From contig CBDCEW010000094.1 in assembly GCA_965215885.1 (NCBI GenBank), forward strand, positions 32,001-96,000: DNA of 64,000 bases. Reading direction: 5' to 3'. Below the pieces are notes generated by a model that saw only the letters and a program-made list of their open reading frames with translations, made no database searches and was not told the origin of the DNA. Source of the DNA: Candidatus Moanibacter sp. GTDB taxonomy: Bacteria > Verrucomicrobiota > Verrucomicrobiia > Opitutales > UBA2987. Shown one piece after another: positions 8,741-18,945 of this stretch (position 1 is its first letter; each line of letters opens with the position of its first letter). Position numbers and translations under genes: made by a program.

Positions 8741-10030
8741 ATGAAATTGAAAACCAAGGTTGCCCCCTTATCCCACATGGAAATCCCCCATGCCCAGTGG
8801 CCGGGGGAAAAGATCTACTTCTACTGCCCGGACTGTGACGAAGTATTCGGGCTGCGCAAATTCGCTGACAACCGCTGCGGCACTTGTGGACGCGAAGGGC
8901 TGAAGGATATTTTCCGAGAGCTCTCTGAGCGCTTGGCGAAGTCGTGGTTGTTTTACGAGCGGACGCGCTACGAGGAGAACAAGTGGCTGTTTCGCTACAA
9001 ACCCGGCAGTGAAGTATCCTTTTTCGCCACCATGCTCGCGCTGGCGTTGTACGGGGCTCTCCGGTCGCTGGGGTTTGCGTGTCCCTGGGAAGGAACCGAC
9101 GACGAGATCATAGACGAGTGGGTCGACGCATTGCTCGCCTACCGCGACCCGGAGACCGGTCTGATCGATTGCTCGGAGATCGGCGGATACCTCTGGTACT
9201 CGCAAGGCCCGGACACCACCATCGAGCAGTATGTCAGCTTCGGCCTGTCGCGGACCATCGAAATGGGCCTCTTTGAGCCGGGCCGGTACACGGTAGCGCC
9301 GGGCAAAATGAAGAAGGAGGATGCGCTGGAAAGCGTCGATAAATTCCACGAGCTGGTCAAGATTCTACCCAACTCCTACGGCGGCGGATCCTGGATCTGG
9401 TGGGCCCTGATGAACCACCGCGATATCATTCGCGACCGCGGCGAAGGGGAGTCCGACGAGATGATCGAGTACGTCCACCGCTGGCTCGACGAGGGGCAGG
9501 ATCCCGAGACGGGACGCTGGCTGGCGTGCGCGGACAAGGAGTTTAATCCTGAGATAATCGCCAACGGGATGTTCAAGGTGATCTGTTCCTACACGGCGTT
9601 CGGCTGGGAGATTCACTACAAGGAGCAGATGATCGATTTCCTCCTCGACGTGCGGGCGGACCCGAAAAAGGGATTCGACGGCGACGGCACCTGCTCGATA
9701 TTCGATCCCATGATGGTGGCCTGGACCCTGCGCCAGCAGGGGTGCGATCACCGTCAGGAGGAAGTCAAGGAGGCGGTGGCGAAGTCGTTCATCGCTATCA
9801 ACGACCGCTGGGACGACGATGCCGGCTGGTACAAGCTAGGCACCTGGCAGGAAAAGCACAACATCGGAGTGCCCTTTTACATGGTGGCCGTAATCTTGGA
9901 ACTGCCGATCATGATCGAGTCCGGTTCCTATAACTGGCGCCGGAACCCCCTCATCACCCGCAATGAGGACGGGTCGGTGACGGTGAATGACGTGAGTTAC
10001 GAGGCGGAAGGAGTTGGGGGTGTGGGTTGA
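8741..10030 (+). CDS. Hypothetical protein: N-terminal CxxC-x13-CxxC zinc ribbon plus QW-like toroid domain
   Basis: YCPDCDE...RCGTCG; DPETGL and QDPETGRW repeats; FKV motif shared with 5600-6799. Confidence 0.7.
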   Translation: MKLKTKVAPLSHMEIPHAQWPGEKIYFYCPDCDEVFGLRKFADNRCGTCGREGLKDIFRELSERLAKSWLFYERTRYEENKWLFRYKPGSEVSFFATMLALALYGALRSLGFACPWEGTDDEIIDEWVDALLAYRDPETGLIDCSEIGGYLWYSQGPDTTIEQYVSFGLSRTIEMGLFEPGRYTVAPGKMKKEDALESVDKFHELVKILPNSYGGGSWIWWALMNHRDIIRDRGEGESDEMIEYVHRWLDEGQDPETGRWLACADKEFNPEIIANGMFKVICSYTAFGWEIHYKEQMIDFLLDVRADPKKGFDGDGTCSIFDPMMVAWTLRQQGCDHRQEEVKEAVAKSFIAINDRWDDDAGWYKLGTWQEKHNIGVPFYMVAVILELPIMIESGSYNWRRNPLITRNEDGSVTVNDVSYEAEGVGGVG

Positions 10031-10186
10031 CAGCGGCGGATTACGAGAAGGGCGAGTGTCCCAACGGATTCGAGAAGACAACGGATGGAGTTTGAAATAT
10101 TGGTCTGGGTTGAAAGTTGGCCAATCAGTGGAATACTGGATTGCTTCGTCATTCTTCCTCGCAATGACAAGCATGGCGTGATCAAG

Positions 10187-10600
10187 TCACGCCTCGAACC
10201 AATTCTCGAGACTGAGTTTCGGAACATTCTCAAAATGTCGCACATTTCGTGTGATTAGAAGCAAATCTCTCGATAGCGCGTGGGCCGCCAGTAGCAAATC
10301 ATTCTCCGAAATACCAACACCGTTTTGCCGCAGTTCAGCGGAAAGGTCGCTGGCTCGCAGAGCGTCACGGGGTTCGAAAGAGAGCACTTCGCCGAGGACT
10401 AAACAGCGGGTCTCAATAGTTCGCCACAGTTGCTCAAAGTCAGGGCGCAAGGCGGCACCATAACGCAACTCGCGATACGTTATAACGCTCAGATAGCATT
10501 GTCCGAGAGTAACCTCCTTGAGTCTTCTCTGCACCTCCGGATGAGGGCTTCTTTTGAGTGGCTCGCTTACAATGTTTGTGTCGAGGAGGTACACGAACAA
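10187..10600 (-). CDS. vapC: PIN-domain toxin, VapC family
   Basis: YLLDTNIVSE, SVITYREL, NDLLLAAHAL, LITRNVRHF, LENW. Confidence 0.93.
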   Translation of the reverse strand: MFVYLLDTNIVSEPLKRSPHPEVQRRLKEVTLGQCYLSVITYRELRYGAALRPDFEQLWRTIETRCLVLGEVLSFEPRDALRASDLSAELRQNGVGISENDLLLAAHALSRDLLLITRNVRHFENVPKLSLENWFEA

Positions 10601-10603
10601 GGA

Positions 10604-10873
10604 TCAGCGCAGTGCCAAATTGGATGGCTCGGTCATGGCCGGATTCCGAGAGGCAACCCGAAGCTCGTCCATTGTTTGGAAAAATGGGTCATCATCGTCC
10701 AACAAGACAAGCTTGTCCGTTGTCTCTCCCTTCGTCCCTATCGCACCAACGGGCACCAGTTTGGCCAGAGGCTTCCCCCTCCGCGTAATCAACACTTCCG
10801 CCTTGCCATAGGCGACTTCTCCGAGGAGATCAGATAAGCGATTACGGGCATCGGACGCTGTCACGATCTTCAT
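10604..10873 (-). CDS. Phd/YefM family antitoxin
   Basis: TASDARNRLSDLL...VLITRRGKPLAKLVP; lies 3 bp upstream of vapC. Confidence 0.9.
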   Translation of the reverse strand: MKIVTASDARNRLSDLLGEVAYGKAEVLITRRGKPLAKLVPVGAIGTKGETTDKLVLLDDDDPFFQTMDELRVASRNPAMTEPSNLALR

Positions 10874-10905
10874 AATTTAGCAATTTGTACAATTTACACA
10901 CTTTG

Positions 10906-11889
10906 TCAAATTAGATTTATGCGCTGCCCACACTTTCCACTTTCGTAAGCGGCGCGGATAATGGCGATGTCTTGAGCAAAATCCTCGGCCGTGGGACCGT
11001 GTGTCTGCTCGCCCCGGATACCTCGCAGCCAATCTTCATAAACGGGCTTGTAGACGTGCTCGATGGGGGAATGGGATTCGTCTGATTGGTGGCCTTCACG
11101 CCAGGTAATCTCGAGAGAGTCACCGGAAAAGCCGATAAATGCCTCTTCAAAGACCATATAGTGATCGCCTCTCCAGCGCTGAGGCGGCGCGAAATGACCG
11201 ATCTGTTCGAATTGCATAACGCCGCCTTCCCGGTAGCCCAGTCGGGCAGAGACAAACGCCTCAACCGGTTGTTTGGGGAGCGTGACGACCTGTGCATCGA
11301 CCCATTCGGGGGTGAGGTTGGGGAGGCAAGTGCGGACAATTCCGAGGCGGTGCGGACCCAGATTCATAAACATCCCGCCGCCACTCAACGCGGGATCTAG
11401 AAACCAGCGGGGGCGGTGAGGTGTGAAGTATGGGCGCATCTGCTGGATACGACCGGTAAGAAACCGTCCCAGGCGATCCGATGCGAATAGTTCGCCGACT
11501 CGAAGGGGCCCTGGAGCAAAGACGGCGGTCTCGGCTACTTTCAGGCAGCGACCCGCCTTTTGAGCGGCGGCAATCATTACTCTACACTCATCGAAAGTGA
11601 CAGCCATCGGCTTCTCGACTAGGACATGGCAGCCGCTTTCCAGCGCACTCACGGCGATCTCGGCGTGGAGGGCATGTGGAACGCAGATCGACACCGCATC
11701 GAAATCGTCCTGCAACATGGACCGCCACTCGGTATATGCTTCTGCGTTGGCTTCCTTTGCCATAGCCTGCGATCGCTCCGGGTCAACGTCGCAGATTCCC
11801 TCAATCCTGAATGCGGCGACGCCGGCCATGCCTTTGAGGTGGTGTTTGGCTATGGCGCCGGCCCCGATAATTGCGGTGCGCAGATTCAT
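10906..11889 (-). CDS. Gfo/Idh/MocA family oxidoreductase
   Basis: AIIGAGAIA Rossmann motif, HVLVEKPMA, SGGGMFMNLGPH. Confidence 0.92.
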   Translation of the reverse strand: MNLRTAIIGAGAIAKHHLKGMAGVAAFRIEGICDVDPERSQAMAKEANAEAYTEWRSMLQDDFDAVSICVPHALHAEIAVSALESGCHVLVEKPMAVTFDECRVMIAAAQKAGRCLKVAETAVFAPGPLRVGELFASDRLGRFLTGRIQQMRPYFTPHRPRWFLDPALSGGGMFMNLGPHRLGIVRTCLPNLTPEWVDAQVVTLPKQPVEAFVSARLGYREGGVMQFEQIGHFAPPQRWRGDHYMVFEEAFIGFSGDSLEITWREGHQSDESHSPIEHVYKPVYEDWLRGIRGEQTHGPTAEDFAQDIAIIRAAYESGKCGQRINLI

Positions 11890-12647
11890 TTTTCGGTAAT
11901 CAGTGACCGAAAGTAATCCGCGTTTTCGCGGGCTACATTCTCTCGCTCTTCAACGGGCCATCCGTTCTCGATCACGGTAATCCATCCATTGTATCCGCAC
12001 TCTTTGAAACGTGCCACGATAGCGGGCCAATCCTGTGAACCTGCTGTACCTGGTAGAACGCGTTGGGGCGTTCCGTTCGCGTCGATTTTACGGGATTGCG
12101 CAAGCACGTTGGCGGTGATGGGAGCAAATTCGGGGATGCAGTCGAGATAGTCCTCGCCCTTCTGCATCAGGTGCAAAGAATCGTAAAGCAAGCGGAAGTT
12201 GGAATGGTTCACGGAGGCGAAAAAGGCCCACGTGCCCGCGACAGTTTCCAACGGTGAATTGATATGGTTGTTACTAGCCACGGTTACGCCTGCGGTCTTC
12301 GCCTGTTCCGCCGCTGCGCGCGCCCATTCCGTTTCACCGGAGGTCTTAAGAAGGGTGCACTCGAGATCGACACACAGCTCCAGGTAACGATCGAAGAATT
12401 CATCCCGTGCCGGGCCTTCCGCGGGCATCCCTCGCGTCGTGAGGCAGAGGACGCTCAAACCATGGTCTCGGACAATGCGGAGCAGTTGCATGCGTTCCCG
12501 CCTGGGCGTGCGTGGAGATACCTGGGTGCGGCGCAATTCCACGCCTTCATATCCCCAGTTGCCGGCATTGGCGCAAAACGCGGCGAACGAAAGCGACTGT
12601 GAATCGTACCGGTCTTCAAAAAGGAAGCCGCTAAGCGCGAGTTTCAT
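11886..12647 (-). CDS. Sugar phosphate isomerase/epimerase-like TIM barrel
   Basis: GYEGVEL, LLYDSLH, GYNGWITVIE; RBS AGGAG before MKLAL; 4-bp overlap with the downstream oxidoreductase. Confidence 0.8.
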   Translation of the reverse strand: MKLALSGFLFEDRYDSQSLSFAAFCANAGNWGYEGVELRRTQVSPRTPRRERMQLLRIVRDHGLSVLCLTTRGMPAEGPARDEFFDRYLELCVDLECTLLKTSGETEWARAAAEQAKTAGVTVASNNHINSPLETVAGTWAFFASVNHSNFRLLYDSLHLMQKGEDYLDCIPEFAPITANVLAQSRKIDANGTPQRVLPGTAGSQDWPAIVARFKECGYNGWITVIENGWPVEERENVARENADYFRSLITEK

Positions 12648-12868
12648 ACGCTCCTCCTTGCGGCGATTAAACACCCGGCATTCCGCAATTTCGGTAGGAA
12701 AAGATACCCGTCGCGCGCCATTCTTTAATTTTTTCCTTTCCCCGTCCCGAAGTCGCTGACTTTCTCAAGCATCATCGTGCGCAGCCTACCCTGAGCAAGG
12801 CCGAAGGGGAGCGCCCGATTCATGCATAGGAAGGTATTTATTAATCCAGCAATTGAATAGTAGCACTT

Positions 12869-12979
12869 TGTCATCGCGAGCCGCCCGAAGGAAGGCGTGG
12901 CGATCCAGGTATAGGAAACACTCCACCTGTCTTTTTCTGGATTGCCACGGCCTGCCGTAAGGCAGACCTCGCAATGACA
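12869..12979. repeat. TGTCATTGCGAG-type palindromic REP element
   Basis: TGTCATCGCGAG...CGTGGCGATCCAG / CTGGATTGCCACG...CTCGCAATGACA arms; half copy near 10136-10170. Confidence 0.75.
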
Positions 12980-13210
12980 TTGAGGTGGCAGAGCAAGGTG
13001 TAGGTTGAGTCCATCTGCATTCCTGTTTCACAGCAATCTAAACAAGAGCTTTCTCCGTCAACTTACGACCACCACAGAAGGTGCGGGCGAGTTTACAAGA
13101 ATTGTCACTATGTGTTGGCTGGAGTAAGGGTAGTGGAACGGCACCTCCGGTGGCGTCTGTTTTCAAACAGGTAATGACCAAATGCAATTACAAGCCCAAT
13201 AGGTAGAGAT

Positions 13211-14263
13211 TCAGATATTCCGCTGCTTCTTGCAGGGAGAAATCATTGCTGCCGCCATGACCCAGAACGGCTTGCTTCCGACATTGTAGTCCTTAATTGG
13301 CTCGAGGTGACCCGTGTCTTGGGCGACTTTGTAGGCGGTCAAACGACCGGCTGATTCACCGGCACAGTAACAGTAACGTCCGGTAGGATCGATGTTGAAG
13401 GAGCGCGGGTCGGAGGGCACGGGGAAATGCCCGAAGGGACTCAACCTACCATCGTGGGCGATATTGAATCCGATGATGCTGTCGTGCCCGCGATTGGATG
13501 CGTAGGCCCATTTTCCGTTGGGATGGATTTCGATATGCGCAGTGGCACCGCCTTTTGTGTAGTCGGGCGGAAGCGTCGAAATATTCTGAAAGATCTCCAG
13601 CGTGCCGCGATTCGAGTCGAAGCGAAGGGCGGTCACGGTATTCCCCTGCTCGTTGACGATGTAAGCGACATCCCCCTTGGGGCGAAAACAGATGTGGCGA
13701 GGTCCCGTTTCGCTGTCGGGCGGCGCCAGTTCCGGTGGGTTGTTGGGTGACAGATGTCCAGTCCTGGTATCAAAAAGAAACTGGCAGGTTTTGTTGGTAG
13801 GGCACACATGCGGGACAAACACGAAGCGATCGGAGGCATCGGTAAGGATCGCGTGTGCTTTTATCCCGGTATCGATCCGTTGCAGGAGATTCTGAATGCT
13901 GCCATCGTCGCCGAGCCGATGCACGGTCAGACCGCCGCCTCCGTAATATGCCGTAAGGAGAAAGCGGCCGGTCTGGTCTGTGATGAGGTGGGCCGGGATT
14001 TCGATACCTGTGTCGACCCGGTTGATCAGGCTGAGGGCGCCCGATTCAGTGTCGAGCCGATAGCTGGCCAGTGTTGTCGACTCCACGTGCGCGGCCAGCA
14101 TGAACCGGCCGGTGGGGTGCAGAAAGAGTGCTCCGGTGGGGCCGTGGGCGTCACTCATAGACCGCAGTTCCAGCGCGCCCGTCTCTGTGTCCAATGCGTA
14201 GGCTTTGATTGTCTGGTCGCCGGTCAGGGAGACGAAGAGGAAATGGCGCGAAGAATCATTCAT
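13211..14263 (-). CDS. 6-phosphogluconolactonase-like lactonase (7-bladed propeller, Pgl/cycloisomerase-2 family)
   Basis: PAHL, KAHAI, GPRHICF, HPNGKWAYASNRGHDSI, PRSFNIDP. Confidence 0.9.
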   Translation of the reverse strand: MNDSSRHFLFVSLTGDQTIKAYALDTETGALELRSMSDAHGPTGALFLHPTGRFMLAAHVESTTLASYRLDTESGALSLINRVDTGIEIPAHLITDQTGRFLLTAYYGGGGLTVHRLGDDGSIQNLLQRIDTGIKAHAILTDASDRFVFVPHVCPTNKTCQFLFDTRTGHLSPNNPPELAPPDSETGPRHICFRPKGDVAYIVNEQGNTVTALRFDSNRGTLEIFQNISTLPPDYTKGGATAHIEIHPNGKWAYASNRGHDSIIGFNIAHDGRLSPFGHFPVPSDPRSFNIDPTGRYCYCAGESAGRLTAYKVAQDTGHLEPIKDYNVGSKPFWVMAAAMISPCKKQRNI

Positions 14264-14459
14264 TCATTGGACTCTTCGATATGCACACTTCTTCTGTATC
14301 ACGCAATCCTATCTTTCGCGAAGGCTTCAATTCGCTCGGGCCTTCTGTCTCCACTGCGCCGTGAAAAGTGTCATCCACACTTCTGAAAAGTGTGAAAACG
14401 TCGGGTAAGTCATTTTCTGCTGGTTCCCCAACTTCCCAGGAGTAAGATAAGCATCATTC

Positions 14460-15212
14460 GTGAAACTAACAGATCGTGTTTATCTCGCAGGTAGCGGAGC
14501 TCAAGGCTTTGGTCTGAGCGACGACTATGACTGCCACGTCTATCTGATAGATGGCGGCGAAGAATTGGCTCTCGTGGATGCCGGAGGGGGTAGGGATGTC
14601 GATCGGATCCTCGAGAACATCAGGGCCGATGGGTTTGAGCCCTCAAAGGTTAGGCATATGTTCTTGACTCACGCGCATGGCGATCATGCGGGCGGAGCAG
14701 CGGGTTTGCGCGCCGCTTTGAGTGTGCCCCGCGTCTACATACACCGAGATTCCGCTCCCTATTTGCGCGAAGGTGATGAAAAGGCGATTTGCCTGGACGA
14801 AGCAAAGCGGGTCGGCCTTTATCCCCCTGACTACTGTTTTCAACCCTGTCCTGTAGACGTTGAGCTGCGCGAAGGGGATATGGTTGAGGTCGGCGACTTG
14901 TCGCTCGAAGTGATCGAAACGCCGGGACACTGCGGCGGACACGTGTCCTTTCTCATGCAGCACGGAGGTAAGATGGCTTTTTTCGGGGGAGACCTGGTAT
15001 TTTTCGGCGGCAAAATATTGCTCCAGAACATCTGGGACTGCGACCTCCAGGCACAGATCGCGAGTCTTAAGAAAGTTCGCGATCGGGAAATTGATATGTT
15101 CTTTCCCGGTCACCTCACTTTTTCGCTTCGCGATGGCCAGCGGCATATTGATGCCGCCTTGAAAGTCGTCGATGGTTTGCTGGTCCCGCCCAATTTGACG
15201 TATGGCTGGTAA
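14460..15212 (+). CDS. MBL-fold metallo-hydrolase
   Basis: THAHGDHAGG, TPGH, GGD, FPGH. Confidence 0.9.
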   Translation: MKLTDRVYLAGSGAQGFGLSDDYDCHVYLIDGGEELALVDAGGGRDVDRILENIRADGFEPSKVRHMFLTHAHGDHAGGAAGLRAALSVPRVYIHRDSAPYLREGDEKAICLDEAKRVGLYPPDYCFQPCPVDVELREGDMVEVGDLSLEVIETPGHCGGHVSFLMQHGGKMAFFGGDLVFFGGKILLQNIWDCDLQAQIASLKKVRDREIDMFFPGHLTFSLRDGQRHIDAALKVVDGLLVPPNLTYGW

Positions 15213-15285
15213 GTCCGCAGAGAGGCTAACACAGCTAACCGTGACAGATCGCAGGAATACTCGGAAACGCAAATACCCGAAGTGG

Positions 15286-15744
15286 ATGGGTAAGATGCGG
15301 GGTTTGACCAGGAAAGAGATCAAGGAATTTCTCGCCGGCCCGGTTGTGGCCAGAGTGGCCACGGTGAAACCTGAAGGAAGTCCCTACGTCACGCCGGTTT
15401 GGCAGCATTACAATGGTAAAGCCATCTACTTTATACCGCGAAAGCGATCGGTGTTTGTGAAGTATATTGAGGCCAATCCGCACATCTGCATCTCCTGCGC
15501 CCTGGATGGAGCACCCAGCACCCGCGTGATATTCGAAGGCAAGGCGGAGATCCTTGAAGGGCCGACGCTTATGAGAGGACGGACGCTGCGGATGGCCCGG
15601 AGGATGGCAACACGCTACCTTGGAAAGCGCGGCCCGGAGTATCTCGAGCCAACGCGCGACCGACAGCGCTACCTTGTGCGTCTGATTCCGGACAAGGTAA
15701 CCTCGTGGGAAGGCGTTGAGTGGGCGGCTAAATACTTAGAGTGA
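15286..15744 (+). CDS. Pyridoxamine 5'-phosphate oxidase-like split-barrel flavin/F420-binding protein
   Basis: ARVATVKPEGSPYVTPVW, NPHICI, RLIPDKVTSW; likely start at 15286. Confidence 0.8.
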   Translation: MGKMRGLTRKEIKEFLAGPVVARVATVKPEGSPYVTPVWQHYNGKAIYFIPRKRSVFVKYIEANPHICISCALDGAPSTRVIFEGKAEILEGPTLMRGRTLRMARRMATRYLGKRGPEYLEPTRDRQRYLVRLIPDKVTSWEGVEWAAKYLE

Positions 15745-15762
15745 CGAACCCGAAAATCCGGG

Positions 15763-16064
15763 CTAGGAATCTGTCGGACTTTGTGATTCGATCGCTTTAC
15801 AAACACCAAATTCCGTCCGACAGATTCCTATAAAGAAAATGAAACTGAATTTTGGGACCAAATGACTCACTTAATCCTCTTCAAATGATTAACCGGCAAG
15901 GAAAGCGAATGCTTTTCCATGTCGCTGTGAAAGTTTGGCCCTGATTTTCGCATCTCGAGCACACTTCCACCAAAATTCAGTTTCATTTTCTTGTTTCTAG
16001 CAGCCTGTCGGAATGAATTCGAATGATCATTTTGAAAGAATTACAAAGTCCGACAGGCTGCTAG
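15763..16064. mobile_element. Three abutting MITE-like inverted-repeat elements
   Basis: A 15763-15831: AGGAATCTGTCGGAC...GTCCGACAGATTCCT. B 15833-15992: perfect 23-bp IR AAGAAAATGAAACTGAATTTTGG. C 15997-16064: CTAGCAGCCTGTCGGA...TCCGACAGGCTGCTAG. Confidence 0.75.
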
Positions 16065-17032
16065 CAGATCATTCCCCGTTTGGCGCGAATGCCGTGACCC
16101 GGAGGGTCCTCGCCGATCCACCGTTCGTCTGCCGGCTCATCGGCTCGCTGGTAGCGGGAATCGGACGAGATGCGGATGGCGTCAGTGTGATTGTCCAGAC
16201 TGGCATGCATCGTGTACATGCTCAGGACGAGAAGATCACCCATGCGATATTCAGCCGACAGCCAGCGCCCTCCCAGTTCGGAACGAGCATCGATGGCGTC
16301 GCCTGGATAGTTTCCGGTTGAATTCCATCGGATCAGTTCCCTTTCTTCCGGCTTCAGATTGCGATTCTCGGCGCGCGCGCGTGCCACGATTTCGGCCGCC
16401 TCTCCTTCATTCTCGCAGTAGAGATCCACGTCGGTCTGGCCATAGGTTTCCTTGAGCTGCTTTTGCATATGCGAATTTTCCAAGACGACGAGGCCGCCCA
16501 TTCCATAGGGCATATCTCCTAATGGGGTCCACGATGTATAGAGACTCGTTGTCCCGCGACCCATAAAAACGATGTCGTAGTGGGGTGGGGTCGCGTTGGA
16601 AGTCCCCGGTGTCTTCACTCGAAACCATGTAAAGTCGAAGGGACGAACTTCATCGCCCAGGAAAAATTCGTAGAAGCTCATCATCGGACCCGTGTAGAGC
16701 AGTTTGTGCAACTCTGGGTTGTCCTTTGCGAGGCTCGCATCGAAAGACAATTCCTGCGCATCTGCTCGAACCCTTCCGTCCATCAGGGGGGCCGTCTCGT
16801 CAAGGGCGCCCCGCTTCGCCAGCTTTTGCAGCACGGTTCGACGGGCGGCGTCGACATCGTCCAAGTCTAATAAACCGGGAAGGAAGAGATAACCGTCTCG
16901 GGACATCCGGCGATGCAGCTCCTCGCGGTCGTCGAGGGTATCCGAAGCGGAATTGAGTTCCCCGAAACAGTCTGCCGACAGATCGACCGGTTTCCCACAG
17001 TGGGTCATCGGCAATTTGGCGATTGTTTCCAT
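16061..17032 (-). CDS. PhyH family Fe(II)/2OG oxygenase
   Basis: RDGYLFL, TPPHYDIVFMGRG (HxD), WTPLGD, MHASLDN...RISSDSRYQ. Confidence 0.88.
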   Translation of the reverse strand: METIAKLPMTHCGKPVDLSADCFGELNSASDTLDDREELHRRMSRDGYLFLPGLLDLDDVDAARRTVLQKLAKRGALDETAPLMDGRVRADAQELSFDASLAKDNPELHKLLYTGPMMSFYEFFLGDEVRPFDFTWFRVKTPGTSNATPPHYDIVFMGRGTTSLYTSWTPLGDMPYGMGGLVVLENSHMQKQLKETYGQTDVDLYCENEGEAAEIVARARAENRNLKPEERELIRWNSTGNYPGDAIDARSELGGRWLSAEYRMGDLLVLSMYTMHASLDNHTDAIRISSDSRYQRADEPADERWIGEDPPGHGIRAKRGMIC

Positions 17033-17361
17033 ACGTTTAGTAGTCTTTATCGACGATGCTTCACTGAATAGGACTCGATCTCATTGAAACTACGAACAGC
17101 GCGAATGAAAGTGAAGAGGAATGATCGTTTCAAGCATGAAGGTGTCTGAAGAACGGAAAGTACACTCAGTGGGATCGATGTCGAAGGAGGGTAAATTCTC
17201 CACGGATTCGAGAAAAACGCGGATTTGAGAGATTACTGCCCATCCGTGGTACTGCGGAGCCATCCGTGGGTAACTCTCCCTCTTCGTTCTCTCTGTTTCC
17301 TTCTGTTAAATCTTCATAAGCAATGAACTACCACTTGTTGTTAATCCGCGGGGAACACCAC

Positions 17362-18558
17362 CTACATCCAGGGCGAGAGATCGAAGCGCTGACCGGTTTC
17401 GGCGGCTACGTAGGCGCCGTAGCAGACCGCCACGATGTCGCGTGCCAATCCGATGGAGCTCTTGGGGGGCCGATCGTGAGCAATCGCCTCGCAGAAATCC
17501 TGAAGTTCGTGAGGGAAGCCGTTCATCCAGTCTTCATCCGGATTCGTAAGCTGCCAGCCGGCTCGAGTTTCAACCTTTTCGCGGATGTAGGCATCACCCA
17601 GGACTTTATCGTCCGGTACGTAGGTCATCATGCCCGAATTGGGATTCAGGTTGCACTGCACGACTGCTTTACTCGAGTAAACGGTGAGAACGTTCTGGAT
17701 TCCGCCCAGGACCATATCGGCGGCGGTGATCTGGGCTACGGCGCCGTCTTCGAAAGTGAGAATCATCGAACCCCAGTCTTCACAATCCTTCCATCCCGTC
17801 TTTATCCATTTTTCTTTTTCTTGGCAGAAGCTCTCCATCTCGGTGAGGTTGGCCACTTCCGCGACGACACTTTTGGGTTTGATAGGTTTGCCGAATTTCC
17901 GCTGCCCTTCGCTGTATTTAAGGTAGAGGATAGCTCCGAGCGGGTGACAGCCCTTGTTGAAAAGACTACCGCCGCCGGCAAAGCGCCAGATCCTGGCGTA
18001 TTCGGAGTGTGTGCCGCTATGGGATTCTTCGCCCACAAAGCGCAGTATGGTATTATCGCTCTGCGAGAGGATGTAGTCAGCCTTTTGGACGTTGGGAGCG
18101 TAGACCCAGTTCTCTCCGTAGCAAAGGGTGACACCGTTAGTTTCCACCGCGGCCATCATTTCATCAGCAGACACAAGCGCGGTCTCAAACATCTCTTTGC
18201 GGGGCGTCTCTTTTCCAACAAGCGTATCCCCGTCACCACCGAAATAGCCGGTAAGAGGCTTCTCGCAAATAACGTTCTTACCGGCGGTGGCGGCTTGCAC
18301 CGTGAGCGGATGATGGAGGTAATTCGGAATACACAAATCCACCAGGTTGATCTCCGGATCGGCAAGTAAATCCTCTACCGAAGGATAAACCTTTTCCAGC
18401 TCGTGCTCCCGGGCGAATTTTGAAGCGTTCTCGGACTCCTTCGAAGTCACGCCTTTGATGCGAACGTCGATTCCGTGCACGCGTCTGTAATTTTCCAGAT
18501 GGAAGGACGCCGCGAAGCGCGCCCCCACCATACCGATTACGACGGGTTTTGGTTTCAT
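17362..18558 (-). CDS. Gfo/Idh/MocA family oxidoreductase
   Basis: GMVGARFAASFH, VICEKPLTGYFG, AGGGSL.NKGCHP. Confidence 0.9.
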   Translation of the reverse strand: MKPKPVVIGMVGARFAASFHLENYRRVHGIDVRIKGVTSKESENASKFAREHELEKVYPSVEDLLADPEINLVDLCIPNYLHHPLTVQAATAGKNVICEKPLTGYFGGDGDTLVGKETPRKEMFETALVSADEMMAAVETNGVTLCYGENWVYAPNVQKADYILSQSDNTILRFVGEESHSGTHSEYARIWRFAGGGSLFNKGCHPLGAILYLKYSEGQRKFGKPIKPKSVVAEVANLTEMESFCQEKEKWIKTGWKDCEDWGSMILTFEDGAVAQITAADMVLGGIQNVLTVYSSKAVVQCNLNPNSGMMTYVPDDKVLGDAYIREKVETRAGWQLTNPDEDWMNGFPHELQDFCEAIAHDRPPKSSIGLARDIVAVCYGAYVAAETGQRFDLSPWM

Positions 18559-18945
18559 CGGTTAATACTAGATTCGCGAAGGAGATAGGGTCAACCGCGT
18601 TCGGCAGAGTTTGCTACGAACCCGCTCAGCCGGAGACGATTTTGAAGGGACCGTTGGAAAATAATGCGCAGACAGTTAGCTCACTGATGCAGTAGCAATC
18701 CGGTGTCCAGACTCGTCGGAATACTGAATTGCTTCGCCATGCTTCCTCGCAAAGACAAGCCTCGATGCGAGTTGGTTCGACCGGGGTCCGGCTAATCGGG
18801 ACGCTCCTACATCCCTCGCGGGTAGTCGGGCAGGGTCGAAACACCTCATCACCGTCAGGCTGTAGGAGCGGCTTTATGCCGCGAGGCGAGCTGTTTCATC
18901 GCAGTCCCGCTGAGCAGTACGCTTCTACAATCTCTGGCGGGTGGG

